Part shown: positions 48,004 to 60,996 of the stretch, one piece after another
How the letters are laid out: every line of letters begins with the position of its first letter
Position numbering within the stretch: the first letter of the stretch is position 1
Assembly: GCA_022813965.1 (NCBI GenBank)
Contig: JALDZS010000107.1
Coordinates: 1-64,000 of the forward strand
Source: Toensbergia leucococca
Lineage: Eukaryota
Length of the DNA stretch: 64,000 bases
Direction: 5' to 3'
Translations under genes and position numbers: made by a program
The notes under the pieces: generated by a model
Told to the model about the DNA's origin: nothing
Database searches by the model: none
What the model saw: only the letters and a program-made list of their open reading frames with translations

Positions 48004-49185
48004 ATGTCCCTTTCACTCCCCCGAACAGCTTCAGCAATCCCACACTCAAGCCCACGGTTCCCCTGTCCGCTGAAACCCCCAATCCCCCAATGTCTCTACC
48101 AAGCAAAACGGCACTCATCCCACACGCCTTTCCCCCCACTCACACGACAAGCTTTCCGCTGTCCCAATTCCAAGCCCAACTTCCCCCACAGGACCTTCAC
48201 AGCTACCCCCTCAAACCCCTACAAAACAATCCAAGAAGCCCGCTCCCGCCACCGCTCCGGCGTAAGCCCCCCCCTCGAGTGAAACCCCCTAACTGAATCC
48301 TCACAAACCAAAAACAGCCCTTCTCCTTTCGCGGCGCCATCGTCTTCCTCACCGCCGGCGCAGGCATGATCTTCTACTTCCAATACGAAAAAGCCCGCAT
48401 GGAACGCAAACGCATCGCCGACGCCGCAAAAGGAGTCGGCCGGCCCAAAGTCGGCGGCCCCTTCCAACTCCTAGACCAAGAAGGGAATGAATTCGGGGAA
48501 GGGGACATGAGGGGAAAATTCAGTCTGGTGAGCTCATCCTGCTTGTAGCGTGGGGGGGCAACGGAAACAAAAAAGGAAGGAAGCAGGCAAGGCGCAGGGG
48601 GCGGGGGGGGCGCAACGAGAATGATCTCAAAAGCTGACGACCGCCTCTGTGATTCCCACCTGGCACAGGTTTACTTCGGCTTCACGCACTGCCCGGACAT
48701 CTGCCCGGAAGAACTCGACAAAATGTCCGCCATGCTCACCCACGTCTCCTCCTCCTCGTCCTCCCAACCCCTTCTCCCCCTTTTCATAACCTGCGACCCG
48801 GCCCGCGACACGCCCCCCGTTTTAAAAACCTACCTCCGCGAATTCGACGCCCGCATCGTCGGCCTGACGGGAACCTGGGACCAGATAAAAGCCGTGTGTA
48901 AGGCCTATCGGGTCTATTTTAGCACGCCCGAGGGGGTGAAACCGGGGATGGATTATTTGGTGGATCATAGTATTTATTTTTATTTGATGGGTGGGTTTTG
49001 TTGTCTCCTTCTTTTTCTTTGGAGGGGAGTGATGAACTTATTTGCTGATGGGTTGGGTACTTTTCTTTGCAGATCCGGAAGGCGATTTCGTCGAGGCGAT
49101 TGGAAGGCAGCATAGTGCGGAGAATGCGGCGCGGATTATTTTGGATCATATGTCGGATTGGAACGGGGCTGTCAAAAAGGGGTAA
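48004..49185 (+). CDS. SCO1: Cytochrome c oxidase copper chaperone Sco1
   Basis: GRPKVGGPFQL, YFGFTHCPDICPEEL (CxxxC) and DYLVDHSIYFYLM|DPEGDFV. Three introns. Confidence 0.95.
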
Positions 49186-49714
49186 ATACTCCATGAAGAG
49201 AAGTGGGATTGGGTTACATTGTCAGGGCATCGTTTGCTAGGTGCGTGTATATCACAGTTTGTGCATTAGAACGGGTTTTTGGGGCGTTTTGTGAGGGTAA
49301 GGAAAAGGGGTGTATGAATATGCTCAGTGTTGGTGAACGGGAGAGGCGAAACTCCGTTCCATGTACAAATTACAGCAGACCCATCGCAGGTCTTTCACAT
49401 ACGCCTCAATCTGATATGAAGTGTATTACAGGGTCTCGAGACTTGAGAGTGATTGATTACATTATCTAACCTCCGCCAACTACCTCGGAGCGAACCCGCC
49501 TTCGCAGTAGAGGCTCTAAAAACTCCTCGAATCTCGGCAGAGAAAAGCAGCCATGCAGGACAGGCGATCAACTTTTCCGGTTCCGCTCCTCAAGATTCAG
49601 TCAAGTCTAGATCAGCAAAAGCCAAAGCACTGCAAGCAAAATTCGCCAATAAGAGGCGCAAGAAAGCTATGCAAAAACGTCATCTTCGAGTCAACAGCGC
49701 TGCTCTCGGGGTAT

Positions 49715-52700
49715 CTAGGACACGGAGACGAATTGCCCAATAGCTGGCACCGTATCCACGGTCGGATAAACAACATACGGCCCTGGCGGAGCCACATTAT
49801 GAGTCGGTGGCATCGTGACCGTGAGCGTCTGCGTCGTGCTACCGGCCACCCAGCCTGTGTTGTCGAGGAACAGCATGCGGTGGTTCATATGCAGATTATG
49901 CGTCACAAAACCGCCGTGGTACAGTGCAATCGTCACCGCTTTCGCGCCTGCAGGGCAATTGAAGGTGATGGTAAACTGGCTGCCATTAGCGACAAGGGTC
50001 TTAGAACTCAGAACCACATTTGTGGGGCGCCGGTTGGCATTGGCGCCTTGGAGGTAGGGAGGGGTGTAGATCTCGACGCGGAACTCGGTGACGTAGTCTT
50101 CCGAGGGGACCTGGTTGGGGACGGGGGTGAGAACGGGCATTTGGACAGGGTTGGAGCCGGCAACCATGAGGGTACCGTCTAGGAGGAGCAGAGCTACGGA
50201 GTGATAGAGACGGGCAATGGTGGAGGTCGCGCCGGTGGTCCAGCGTTGGCCGAGGGGCTGGGTGGGGTGGTAAATGAGAGCTTCGTAGGTCGGGTTGGAG
50301 GCTAGGCCGAAGCCCTGGGCGCCTTTGTTGCAACCATTGAGCCAGATGACGGTGCCGTCTGGGAGGAGGGTGCCTTCGACCATGCCGCGACCTTCAGGCA
50401 TAGAGTCCATTTCCCAATCGGCGGTGGCAGCGAGGGGTTGGATTCGCCCACAGCTGGGATCTGTGGGGCTGGTGATGTCTTGGTAGGCGCCACCGCCGCA
50501 GATGATGATGTCTGGGGCCCAATTGTTGGCGCTTGAGAGGGGGAGAAGGACGCTGCCGCCGGTATTTGGATAGGTTCTGTAGTCGCCTGGGAGGTCTGCG
50601 AAGGTTTTAACGGTGGTATTGGTGCCAACATTGAAGATTTCTGATGACTTAGAGACGAAGACGAAGAGAGTTCCGTCATTCAAAAGGTGGATAAATGGAT
50701 ACATATAATAGGGCTGGTTCTTGGCGAGGATGTCCATGGGTGTGTTGACACCCTGGGTGATACCCTGATTGCTAAGAATTTCCCAGGTGGGATTGTTGTT
50801 GGCCGGAACAGTTGGGTCTAGACCATTCAGACTGCCAGAGGCCACGAAAATGGTGCCATCAGGCATTGTCTGGGCGGAAGCATACCAACGAGCACTGGCG
50901 AGCTTGTTGCCTGGCTCGCTCCAAGCTTGCCCGTTCAAACTTGCGTCGGTCGAGGAACGATCCAAGTAGCGAATAGCAGTGAAGCCGTCACCAATAGTTG
51001 GATCAATAAAGTCAAGGGGAGCATTGCCCCCGAGTGAGAGCCAACGGCCGTCCGGCAAGAACGCACCTCCAGAACAGAATGCATTTGTCTGCTACATGTT
51101 AGCACAACTGATCACCATATTTTTCAGATGTTACCGAGTCACCTTGTATGCAATGCCAACAGCAGTGTTTGTCGCCGGGTCGTACTCTGAAGAGTAAGCA
51201 TACTGGCCATCGCCAAGTTTGATTTGGGTATAATTCTCGAGTTTGTCCAAGAATATGACTTGTCCATTTGGCATGAGGCCAGCATGCATAGCTGGAACAC
51301 CAGATTGACCAACAATATTGAAGGCGCCTGGATTCGGCGCAGCTGGGGCTGGAGAAGGACCTGGAGCTGGTACGACAATTGGTCCAGTGCATGGCCCACT
51401 CTGGCAGCCGGAGCCGCAATGGCTAGTGGTGCTGCCACAAAACTATTTTCTTTTAGCAACAAGGTCCAGCCAAAGCATGATTGCATACATACCCCGTACA
51501 TGGAGCAACAGCTACCTTGTGGCCAATTGCCACAGACAGTATTACCATTACCAGCGCCACATGTTCCATCTGTTGTCACCTTCCCTGTGGGGGCTGCGGC
51601 TGAGGTTGAGGTGGGACTTCCTAAAATGGGCTCTTGAGATGAGGAAGAAGAAGGCTGAGCAGCTGTTGAGCTCGCGCCAGTACATCCACTTTGGCATCCG
51701 TTCGCTACTAGACAGCTTTAATACATGTGAGCAGATTATTCTCTCATTGGCCAGAGTAGAATAATACTCACTGATTAGCTGTGTTGCCGCAATACCTATT
51801 GGCACACCACGTAGTCAGTCCTGATTTATCATCGATAATGAAAGTTGATATATCTTATCAAAGAATGTCGCCCATCAACTTCAAGGTTCCGTTGCATGAG
51901 ATTGCCCACAAACCAAAGAAGTAGATACTAATGGTCGTTTCTTAATGAAATTTGCATGACTCGTTCATGAGGTGACATTTCCATTGCGTCAAAACCAGTC
52001 ATGCCCAGTACGACATGTGATCTTCTGAGTAGGGAGAAATAACAAGACTTACCCATATTGGCTGCAACATCCGCCATATGGCCCGTTGGCATCACAAGTA
52101 GCACCTCCAAAAGATGTACCGCAACGACCATCAGAGCGAGGTGACGTACTGGTTGGAGTGCTTGACGGTGCAGAAGCAACCGAACTGGTGCAACCAGACA
52201 CACATCCAGTACCACAGTATGCCGCAGTATTCCCACACCATCCGTAAGACTTTCATTCGTTTAGTAGGAGCATAGAATTCAGGCAATGACGAGTCTCACC
52301 GAACAGCAGGTTCCCTGTAATCCTGTCAGAAGCTTGACAGTGAAGGTTCACTTTGGTACTCACAGTATAAGCCGTACTATTAGGGTCGCAAAGTAGATTG
52401 CCGTTATTAGGACCGCATTGGCCATTTTGAGAGTAGGCACGAGGGACTAGATCAGAGGCGGCGCGTCGGAAAGAAATAGGATAAAGATCATCGGACGAAG
52501 CTTCGCATCTTCAACACCAAAAGGATCAACATTCGAGCAGTCCCATAGGATTTTTGCCATGCAGGAGCACTCACGTTCCATCTTTCGAACAGTGCTGCCC
52601 TCTTAGACAGCCAGTATAGCCAAATACTGCGTGGTTGCAAGATAACTTGACATGGGTGAAGATGATGTTTGCGCTGGCTTGACCAAGCCAAAGGCCCAAC

Positions 52701-52723
52701 GGAAGAAGTAGAGATGTCCTCAT
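49715..52723 (-). CDS. Secreted copper radical oxidase (AA5_1, glyoxal-oxidase-like) with three CBM18 chitin-binding modules
   Basis: Signal peptide MRTSLLLPLGLWLGQASA; three hevein-like repeats (e.g. DGRCG..GGCCSQYG|YCG); NAFCSGG, RWY, ARLYHSVALLLLDG and GFVTHNLHMNHR metal/radical motifs; C-terminal PPGPY. Confidence 0.92.
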
Positions 52724-55700
52724 AGTGTCTATATCTGATGCATAGAATTAGATGGAACAAGATGGAGTCATGTTGATGGCCAGGGGTGAGGGTGCGAAAA
52801 ATAGGTATGCAAGAAAGTGATGGGGAACGTTCAGGATATGTTGTGGTCGTCTTGGGCAAACAAAGTTCGGTTATGCCCTAATAAAAGAACCGATGCAGTT
52901 GATGATGCACCAGCGATATTCAGGATCTTTCATCTCAACCCATCTGTCTGTCTGTTCTCTGCACATGGTCAAAGGGAATCATTTTCACATACACTACAAT
53001 TGAGACAAGATGTCACTTGGTCAGACGGAAGCGTTGACGGCGCTTCTAGATGGAAGAAAAAAGACAGGAATTGTCGGCGTTAGGGAATGACAGAAGGATA
53101 TTACAAATAGATGGTCTGTAAAGCGTCACGAGAATGTGCTGTCTGCCGGAACGAGTGACGGCGAGACAAGCATAAATATTGGGACAAGGAGAGTTGGGGA
53201 TGCTTCAGTGTGTGCGACATGGGCGAATGATGATTTTGAAGATTTGGAAGGTCCGTCTGCACTTCCCCACCATGGCTAGATACCCCTGAAGGAAGCAGCA
53301 GCAAAGGCATCGATTCACGATACGAGATTTCATAGCAAATGAGAAGCGTGCCTCGTTACCTGATGGCTGATGCCGCCGGCCTTTGTCGCCCATTGTCGCT
53401 AGCTGACGGACATGGTTGAGTGTGCGGTTGTACCGCTCAAGCCATTTGACAACAGCCGAACCCTGGATGGCGTCCGGTCGAGCATCCTGACGAATCAGCT
53501 GGCCGTGGGACCTGCGTTTGTCTGGGGATCATCCATGATAGATCTATGATGGCTGCCGTCGATCCCTAAATTTACTCATTATGCGGAGAAGCTTTTATCG
53601 GCTTGCTTCAAGTTTCTTTAAGCGCTACCTGAATTTCCTTGCTCAGGCCACTCTGGCGACGTCAACAAAGGTTTCGGCGAGTGTGATACCAAGATATATT
53701 GATAATTATATCGCGGGACATACAGAGGATCACCCTTAATAGTGGCATCTCTAGTCATCAGGCATCTATCCCTTGCGCTCTTTCATCCGAAATAGGAGGC
53801 CTTTCTTACTCTTTCTCCGTTTCTTTCGCTAAGAAGCCACTTAAAACGCATCAGCATCTCCGTCTTTTTAGAGGAAATTACTGATGACCACCATAGCCGG
53901 CGCTTGCCTGGGCTATTACCTCATCGCCCACGAACTACTATCCCTTGGTTCATGGCCTTGGGCCGAGACACGTCACACGTGTCTACGCTAAGCCATGTGA
54001 GCCATAGAATAGTGCCATGATACCGCGAAGCATACGTGCATTTCGAAAACTCGAAATGTTTTAGTCAGTTGCTACAGAGCAGAAAGAACATCCTAGAGGG
54101 CATCTACTCATCACGTCTATTCCCCAAGTATTATCAACCGCAAGGAGTGCCCAATGCATCTCACTAAAGCCTCTAGAGTATCTTTACCTCCATCCCTGTG
54201 TGTACACATCATTGTACATACATTCCAGATTTTCCATTCCAAAGATTTTAGTAATACAAGTTACTCACATTAGAACGGCACGGCGGCACGAAAAGACTGA
54301 GAACTTTCTTCCATTCACCTGGGCAACAACTTTTAAAATGAAGCTAATCCTTCATAAATCCAAAGTATGAGCGCAGTGCTTAAGCGCACCATTGATCTTC
54401 CAAGCCCATCTGTACAGGGAACGAAGCAAATTCTCATTTGCAGAATGAAATTACTCTAATCATCTGATGTATGAAAAATGGTCGAGGACATCGGTCGCCA
54501 CGCCACTTGTTCCCCCTCTCTTTCCGGAATCGATCGAATGGGGATGGTGCCGCTGGCGAAAAAGGTTGGAAGGGACTACCGCGAGTCCTATTAGTAGGGC
54601 GCAAGGAAAGTTTCCCTTATTGTCGCGGTGCCCAGCAAGTCGATTCTTTTAAATGGTCTGCCTTACAACCGCCTCCAGTATGTTCAGTTGGCTTTACAGG
54701 AATAATCCATCACTAACCCGTACCAGTATCTCTCAAATTCATCTCTGGACTACGCAGTACCAGATAGCAGATGGATTCGAAATAAGCGTTGAAAGACTTG
54801 TCAACCCGTTGGCAAACGGGTAACATCGATGTATATGGCTACGGACCAAAGCCCAGGCCTGAATTAGCAAAGAGATCGATCCCCTATCTCCTCGGTGTAG
54901 AATTCAATATCTCAAGCATCCAAGTTGCACCTCAGCCTCGATGTCAAAACACCCAACCCCCAATGATAAGATTAAATGATAAACTGTACTTCACGCACCT
55001 ATCTCACCCTTTCCATCTACGCCATCCATACTAATAACTCTCTCACACTCACTCAAACACAAGAGAAGGACCAAAATACGACATGACATCGTTCACCGGA
55101 CCTACATACCTCTTTGTTCAGTCTTCAAAGACTCTGTACAAAAGCCAAGAAGAACCCTCAATCTTGAAACACTTCAACTGAACACAACGTTAAAAAATAA
55201 AAGTACACAAAGGCTACAAATCCTCAGCTATCCACCAAGAGCATCACAACCCAAACCACATCACCGAGCACAACCGGTCAACCATAGAATCGAGCATCCA
55301 TCCCCTCCACCCAGATCGACTAATAAGCATACAACCCAACCCTCCACAACCCACCAACCCAAACCCCCATCTTCCCCTATACCATCCATCCCCTTCCCAC
55401 CTCTTCAAAACCCCCCAACCCCTCTCAACAAACAAACCCTTCCAAAAACAAACCTCCCCACCCGGGGCCTTCCCAATCTCAAACCTCCCGGGCCCCAAAT
55501 CCCACAAACAAAAAGAGAAGATCAAATAAAAAAAAAAAAATAAAAATGAAATATAGCCTTTGGCTTTTTGGAAATAAAAACACCCCCCTCCTCACCCCCC
55601 CCTCCCCCGCCCCCCGTATCCTCAACCTCCTCCACAAACAAAGCATCCTCCCCAAAACCCGAACCGGCTATCCAACTCAACCCCCCAAAAAAACCCCCAT

Positions 55701-56229
55701 ATTCCGCAAGAAAAACATATCACGAAACCCCCATTCCCTACTGCCTAAAAAATCTTCATCAACAGCGGGTGTTGTTTGCAGTGTTGATTGATATTGGCCT
55801 CGGAAAAAGAAAATTGAAGGAGGTTTTTTTATTTGGGAGGAGTGGGGGGTGGCGTCGGATGGAGTTGGGGGCATGATGGGAAAGGGAGGTGAAGTTGGGG
55901 GGCGGAATTTACTTTTCCTTGAGTGAAGCTGATGAGCCTGTGATTGATACCTGGGGCTTCGGAGGGTGCATGCCGATGCCGGCCATGAGAAAGATAAAAA
56001 ACGAGCCAAGGTGTTTTCAGATGACTGACGAGGAACGAATTGCGTCGTCGAAGTAATGGCGGCTAGAATGTTGAATCTTAAAGACCCGTGGCATACAACT
56101 GTATCTACTTGTTTGGTATCAATTCTATGAATTCCGTCATTAAACCCCCATTTTCATGCAATGACCGATTCCTCCCGAACCCGCGGAAACGCTACAAAGA
56201 AAGCTTTTTTCTCGCCTCCCACAAATGTA

Positions 56230-58894
56230 TCAAAACATCGTCCGAGTCGTAACCATCATCTCCGAAATACCCGACCCCGGCCGCTGCCACCGGTCGATGC
56301 CCAGATGCTCCCGGCGATCCCTGCCTACATAAACTCCATACGCATACCTCGGCGTCGCTTTCTCTCCCAGCGGCGTTCCTAGCAACCTCGTCACGAGATC
56401 GATCTTACTCAGCGGCTCCCGGAACGCGGGATCGTCGAGCAAGGGGCTTTGGTAGAAGAAGCTGATCAGGTCTGCTAGGGTGCGGATATCGTGGGGGAGA
56501 CGTCTTTTTCGCAGGGGCCAGATGATAAAGAAGGAGAGCGCATAGATTATTAAGAAGACGGTTAGGGCGTAGTAAGCTGGCATACAAGCTGCGATGCGGA
56601 CCTCTTGTCTTGCGACGAAGAATTGAGCGGTGAAGATGCCGCCGGCGAGGATGGGTAGGGTGATGGATAGGAGACTGATGAAGGAGATCCAGGCGACTTT
56701 GAGGTGACCATTCAATGCGGCTCTGACAGTGACTTCAATTGGGAGGCAGGCGGTGTAGTTGAGGAGGAGAGAGTGGTCCGCTGTACTACCACGTGTTTTG
56801 CCGAGACTTGCAAAAGGCTGGAGGGCGCGAAAGTACATGTCGATCGGCTGCCAGAGGAGGAAGAGAATCATTCCGATGAGTGAAGGTATGAAGCTGTACA
56901 AGAAGTCTGCAGGCGAGAAACCTTTGGATGTTGTAGGTGCTGGCAATAGAGGTAGGAATCCCATCTTAACGGCGTTTTTCACGAAACTGACAACAAGGAA
57001 GGCGATCAAGAGGATGATAGCTATAACGATCCAGGCAACCACGAACGTGTCTCGGAGAAACCACGGCACCCATCGATATCTTACAGTAAAGGAGTGGATG
57101 TCTTCTCGAAGTGAGTCTAGTACGGTGTCTTCTCTCGGCCGTTGAGCCTCAAGGTCCATGCTCGCAGAATCGGCAAGATACCTTCGAGGAGAGTCAGTGT
57201 CCGCCTTGTTCGTGTCTATGGAGGATCGAAAGATTGGTGCATTCTCCTCTCCTATGCCATGGAAAACATCCTTGGGCCGTTTCGAAGAACACCAATATCC
57301 GAGCTTGTAATCTTTTTCTAGGAAACCACCTCGTGTGCTAACCTTGGTTTCGCATCCATCGAATTCGGTGAACGAATTTGATCCGTGGATCAATACCAGT
57401 ATATCAGCGAGGGAAGTAACGTCCCATTTTAGACCCGTTCCTCGGCGTGCAAAGGAAAGCAGCAGTAGCAGCAGTGCCATCACTAAAAGAGCATACAGAA
57501 CCACCAATGTCCATACCACAGGCTGCACAGCCGTCCACATCCAGACCTCTTGGTTATCAACCCTGAAAAGTCGGGTTTGGAATGCAGAGCTCTGTAAGGG
57601 TACGGTGAAGAGAGCAGTCCAGAAGAAAAGATAGGAAACTCCTAGTAACGGCTCTCCATTTTTGAAGCATTGAAAGTTGGGTATCATATAATTTGTAGGA
57701 AATAACGCCGCACTACGCAAGGCCCTTGAGCGCTGAGAAGATGGACCTGATGCTAATGCGCTAAATGGAAAGATTCTATGTGCTGAATTCTGGATTACCA
57801 GAAGCCAAAGTATTATGATGCTGGCAAGTATCTGCGGTAGGAATTCGAAGAGGAAGAAACGGCTGGTACCGACAGCATCGTATCGCCAAAGGCCATTGTG
57901 TCGCGATGACCAGACATTACTGAATATTAATGCAATGATCATAAGGAGGCAACAAAGAATGAGAGCGCAAAGGGATAGTGCTCGGAGGGCTCTAGGTTTG
58001 TAAGTGAGCTTCGGGTACCGAGCTGGGTCGAAAGTCGGCTCGGCGGCTTGGAAGACATCATTTACAGCTGCGTGATAGTTTAGAGCGTGTCTTAGAGGTA
58101 TAGAGCAGGGCTCAGTACTTACGTGGCGGGACCGGTCGCCTAGTTGTTGGAGCTGAAATTTGTCTGGTGTATTGCGGGATAGAGTCGTCTTGATTTCGAC
58201 GTCTTGTACCTTCGTCCAATTGCTCTATTGGTGATACTGTCGGATTTGAGATCTGGCTCACAGGATATGTGTGCTGGTCTCTGATTTCTGGACGCCCTAC
58301 GTCTTCGCCGCGGATGAACCTTTGGGTATACGAGTCCTCACTTCCGGCTCCTTGTCTCCTCGTACCGAGCAGTTCCTCGTCTCTCGTCAATTGATCGATG
58401 GCAAAACGAATGTAGGGAGAATCATCAAGGCCTGGGGTTGGAGGACTGATCTGGCCTTCGGTTGGTCTCCATCTCGTTGGGCTCGATCGTGTTGGACTCC
58501 TGGGAGGGATTGGTGGTACACGGTCGTCGTGGTCGTCATTGAACCTGACGCTTGCTGTGAGTGAACTGGGCCCTGACTGTTCAAATCTCTGGGGCCTCGT
58601 TGGTGGTCCTGCAAGTTCAGATTGAGACTGCATATGTGACGGGGGAGTGTGATAGCGGGCGATGGTGGTGCGGTCATCAGGGATGGATTCATCGGAAGGG
58701 AAAGAATGGTAGTCTTCTGAAACGGCGACAGACTCTTCAGAAGCGGTGTTGAGGAGGATTTGTGGTTTACTAGCTGTCCAATCCCAAACAAATCAGCGTC
58801 GCGTTCGAGGTTACAACTTGTTCAATCGGGCGTGGATCGCTTAGAATATGTACATACCATTTACGTATCTGAGGTTTGCAGGGCCGAGATTCAT
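56230..58894 (-). CDS. DUF3433 multi-pass membrane protein
   Basis: Spliced MNLGPANLRYVN|ASKPQ.., PPTPGLDDSPYIRFAIDQLTRDEE, two TM repeats with IDMYFRALQPFASL and LLLNYTACLP. Confidence 0.8.
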
Positions 58895-59454
58895 GTCGGT
58901 CATATAGTCGTGGAATGTAAATTTCAGGTGGCATATCCATGATACAAAGCTCACTTCACTTCTATAACTACCTTAACAATAAATTGCCTTCGGTCGCGGA
59001 CCGTGGATCGATGGCTGGCTGCTGAGGGTGGTTGGGATTTGGGCTTTCGCTTCCAACCACCCAATTTGCATTATCTCTTCAGCTTCAATTTCACTATCAA
59101 CGTCACCAACCGCAAACACCTTGACCTTCGACGATGATGCCTGGTAGCTTTCGAATTTGTGTCTAATGCTGACGACAATGAGAATTTACAACTTCTTGGT
59201 GTCTGCGATATGAAGCCATCGCAGTACCGCTTTGGGCCGACTCCGACCTGCCAAAGGCAACCTCTAGTTGTACACGGGTTCAATCCCCGGATATCCATTA
59301 CGCCTGGGCGAAACCTACAAGCTGGAAAGGCGAAGGACTTTCGAAAAGCTACAGTGGTTCTTTAAGCTTGCATGGCTAAGATGGCAAGGTTTCAATCATC
59401 CGGAAACACGGTCTCTGCCAATCTACTTATTCTAGCTTGGTTCCACCAAGCTCT

Positions 59455-60320
59455 CTATGCTATCTGATAGATCTTCACTGAACACAGGATGGACGAAAGC
59501 GTAACAAACGATATAGTGATCCCGAATACAACAGCCGTCTTGGAGAATATTAGCATATACTTGACTTCTTGGTATTTTCTTCTTACTTTAGCGTTGTCAT
59601 TCCATCCTTGCCCCTCTGCCAGGGGACTGAATACGTATGACAGGAACCCCGCAAGGAAGCAGATGACGGAGTAAGCAAAGCACTGTATAGGACTTTGAAG
59701 TGTATATAGCATTAATCTTCTGCAGTGCCATGTCCCTTCCGAGTCCAACCATGCAAGCGTTCTGCGCATTTCCTGCCACGTATGGGAAGTGATAGATTCC
59801 AACACAAGAACCTGCTGGGCACCTAGAACGAGTCCTACCAGCGAGAGGAGAATGCTCGCATACCAGAACGCAGGACCTGTCCAGTGTCGTTCAAAGACTG
59901 TACTCCAAGAAAGACTACTAATTACAGAAGTAAACAATAACACTGACTGAGATTGTATAAGCGCAGTGCAGAGGCGCCTAAGTGTTATCATCTTTATTGA
60001 TGGAGCTTACGGCAACTTGTACATATTGATTCTCGTTTCTCTTCAGTTCTCTCCATTTCTGGATTCTAGGCTCAGCCTCTGCTTCATCCTTAGCCTGAGC
60101 TATCAAAAGGATTGGAAGCCTGGTGTTGCGCAGGTAAAATTGACGGTAGGGAAGGAAAGCAATCCAAGCAATTATATTAAAGGCCCTAATAGTGTATCTC
60201 TTCACCTGCAACATGACCGAGGTTGAAGTTAAATGATTTAGCTGCTACGAGAAACTTGCACGGGAGAGGGAGGGAGCGAGGAAGCCTAACGGTCGTGTAC
60301 AGGCGTCTAGAATAGCGCAT
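59455..60320 (-). CDS. Hypothetical multi-TM membrane protein
   Basis: IQKWRELKRNENQYVQVA | ..VISSLSW..HWTGPAFWYASILLSL..MLYTLQSPIQCFAYSVICFLAG. Introns with consensus ends. Start uncertain. Confidence 0.55.
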
Positions 60321-60996
60321 GCTTGGCAACAGAAGGTGACAAAAATCTGCCCCCAGCTCACTCGCCATTACTTTGTCCTGGTGATGCACGCTCTTCTCCC
60401 ACCCTCCAATTCACACACTTCCCTGCACTCAAAGTGTTTAAACGCGCTCGCTCTTACACAGCCCGATATATATGGGCTTCAAAGATGTCCCCCGAGATAA
60501 TCTCAAAAGGGAGCGGTGTCCCCCTTTTCCCTCCTTCGTTTCTGCTCTCTTCAAGGAAAGAATTACCACTCTTATCTCCACCCACTACACTGATTGCCGA
60601 CCATTATATTTGCTCCTTACGAATAGCCTAGCCGTTCTCTATCATTTATACAAACCCACAGGCCAGAATAAGTTCAAAACCTGTAGTACGTAGAATTGAT
60701 CGAAGCGTAACGGCGAAAATTGCTGCTCTCCCTGCACAAGCAACGTTGCTCCGTAAGTGGTACTATCGAGTTCTCGAGAAGTGGCCCTCAACACGGGAGG
60801 ATACTAACCCCAATCGCTCATCACAATCGTTTGCATTATGGTATATAGAGACTATAAGACTTCAGAACATTCTTGACACAGGGTGCACTAAAATCGCGCT
60901 ATCCATGAATCTTCAAGCTCTGACTTAGGCGCTCGACAGAGCCCTACCCTCTGTTCCTCGAGTCGTTCTGGTAGTGGATAGAATCACTCTATCACA

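Noticed and set aside
29495..52723. Metal-cofactor gene cluster (cnxH, YAE1, SCO1, copper oxidase)
   Set aside because: Spread over 23 kb among unrelated housekeeping genes, with different pathways and compartments.
53881..53887. CTGATGA as a hammerhead core or box C
   Set aside because: No stem II followed by GAAA, and no box D with a terminal stem at a suitable distance.
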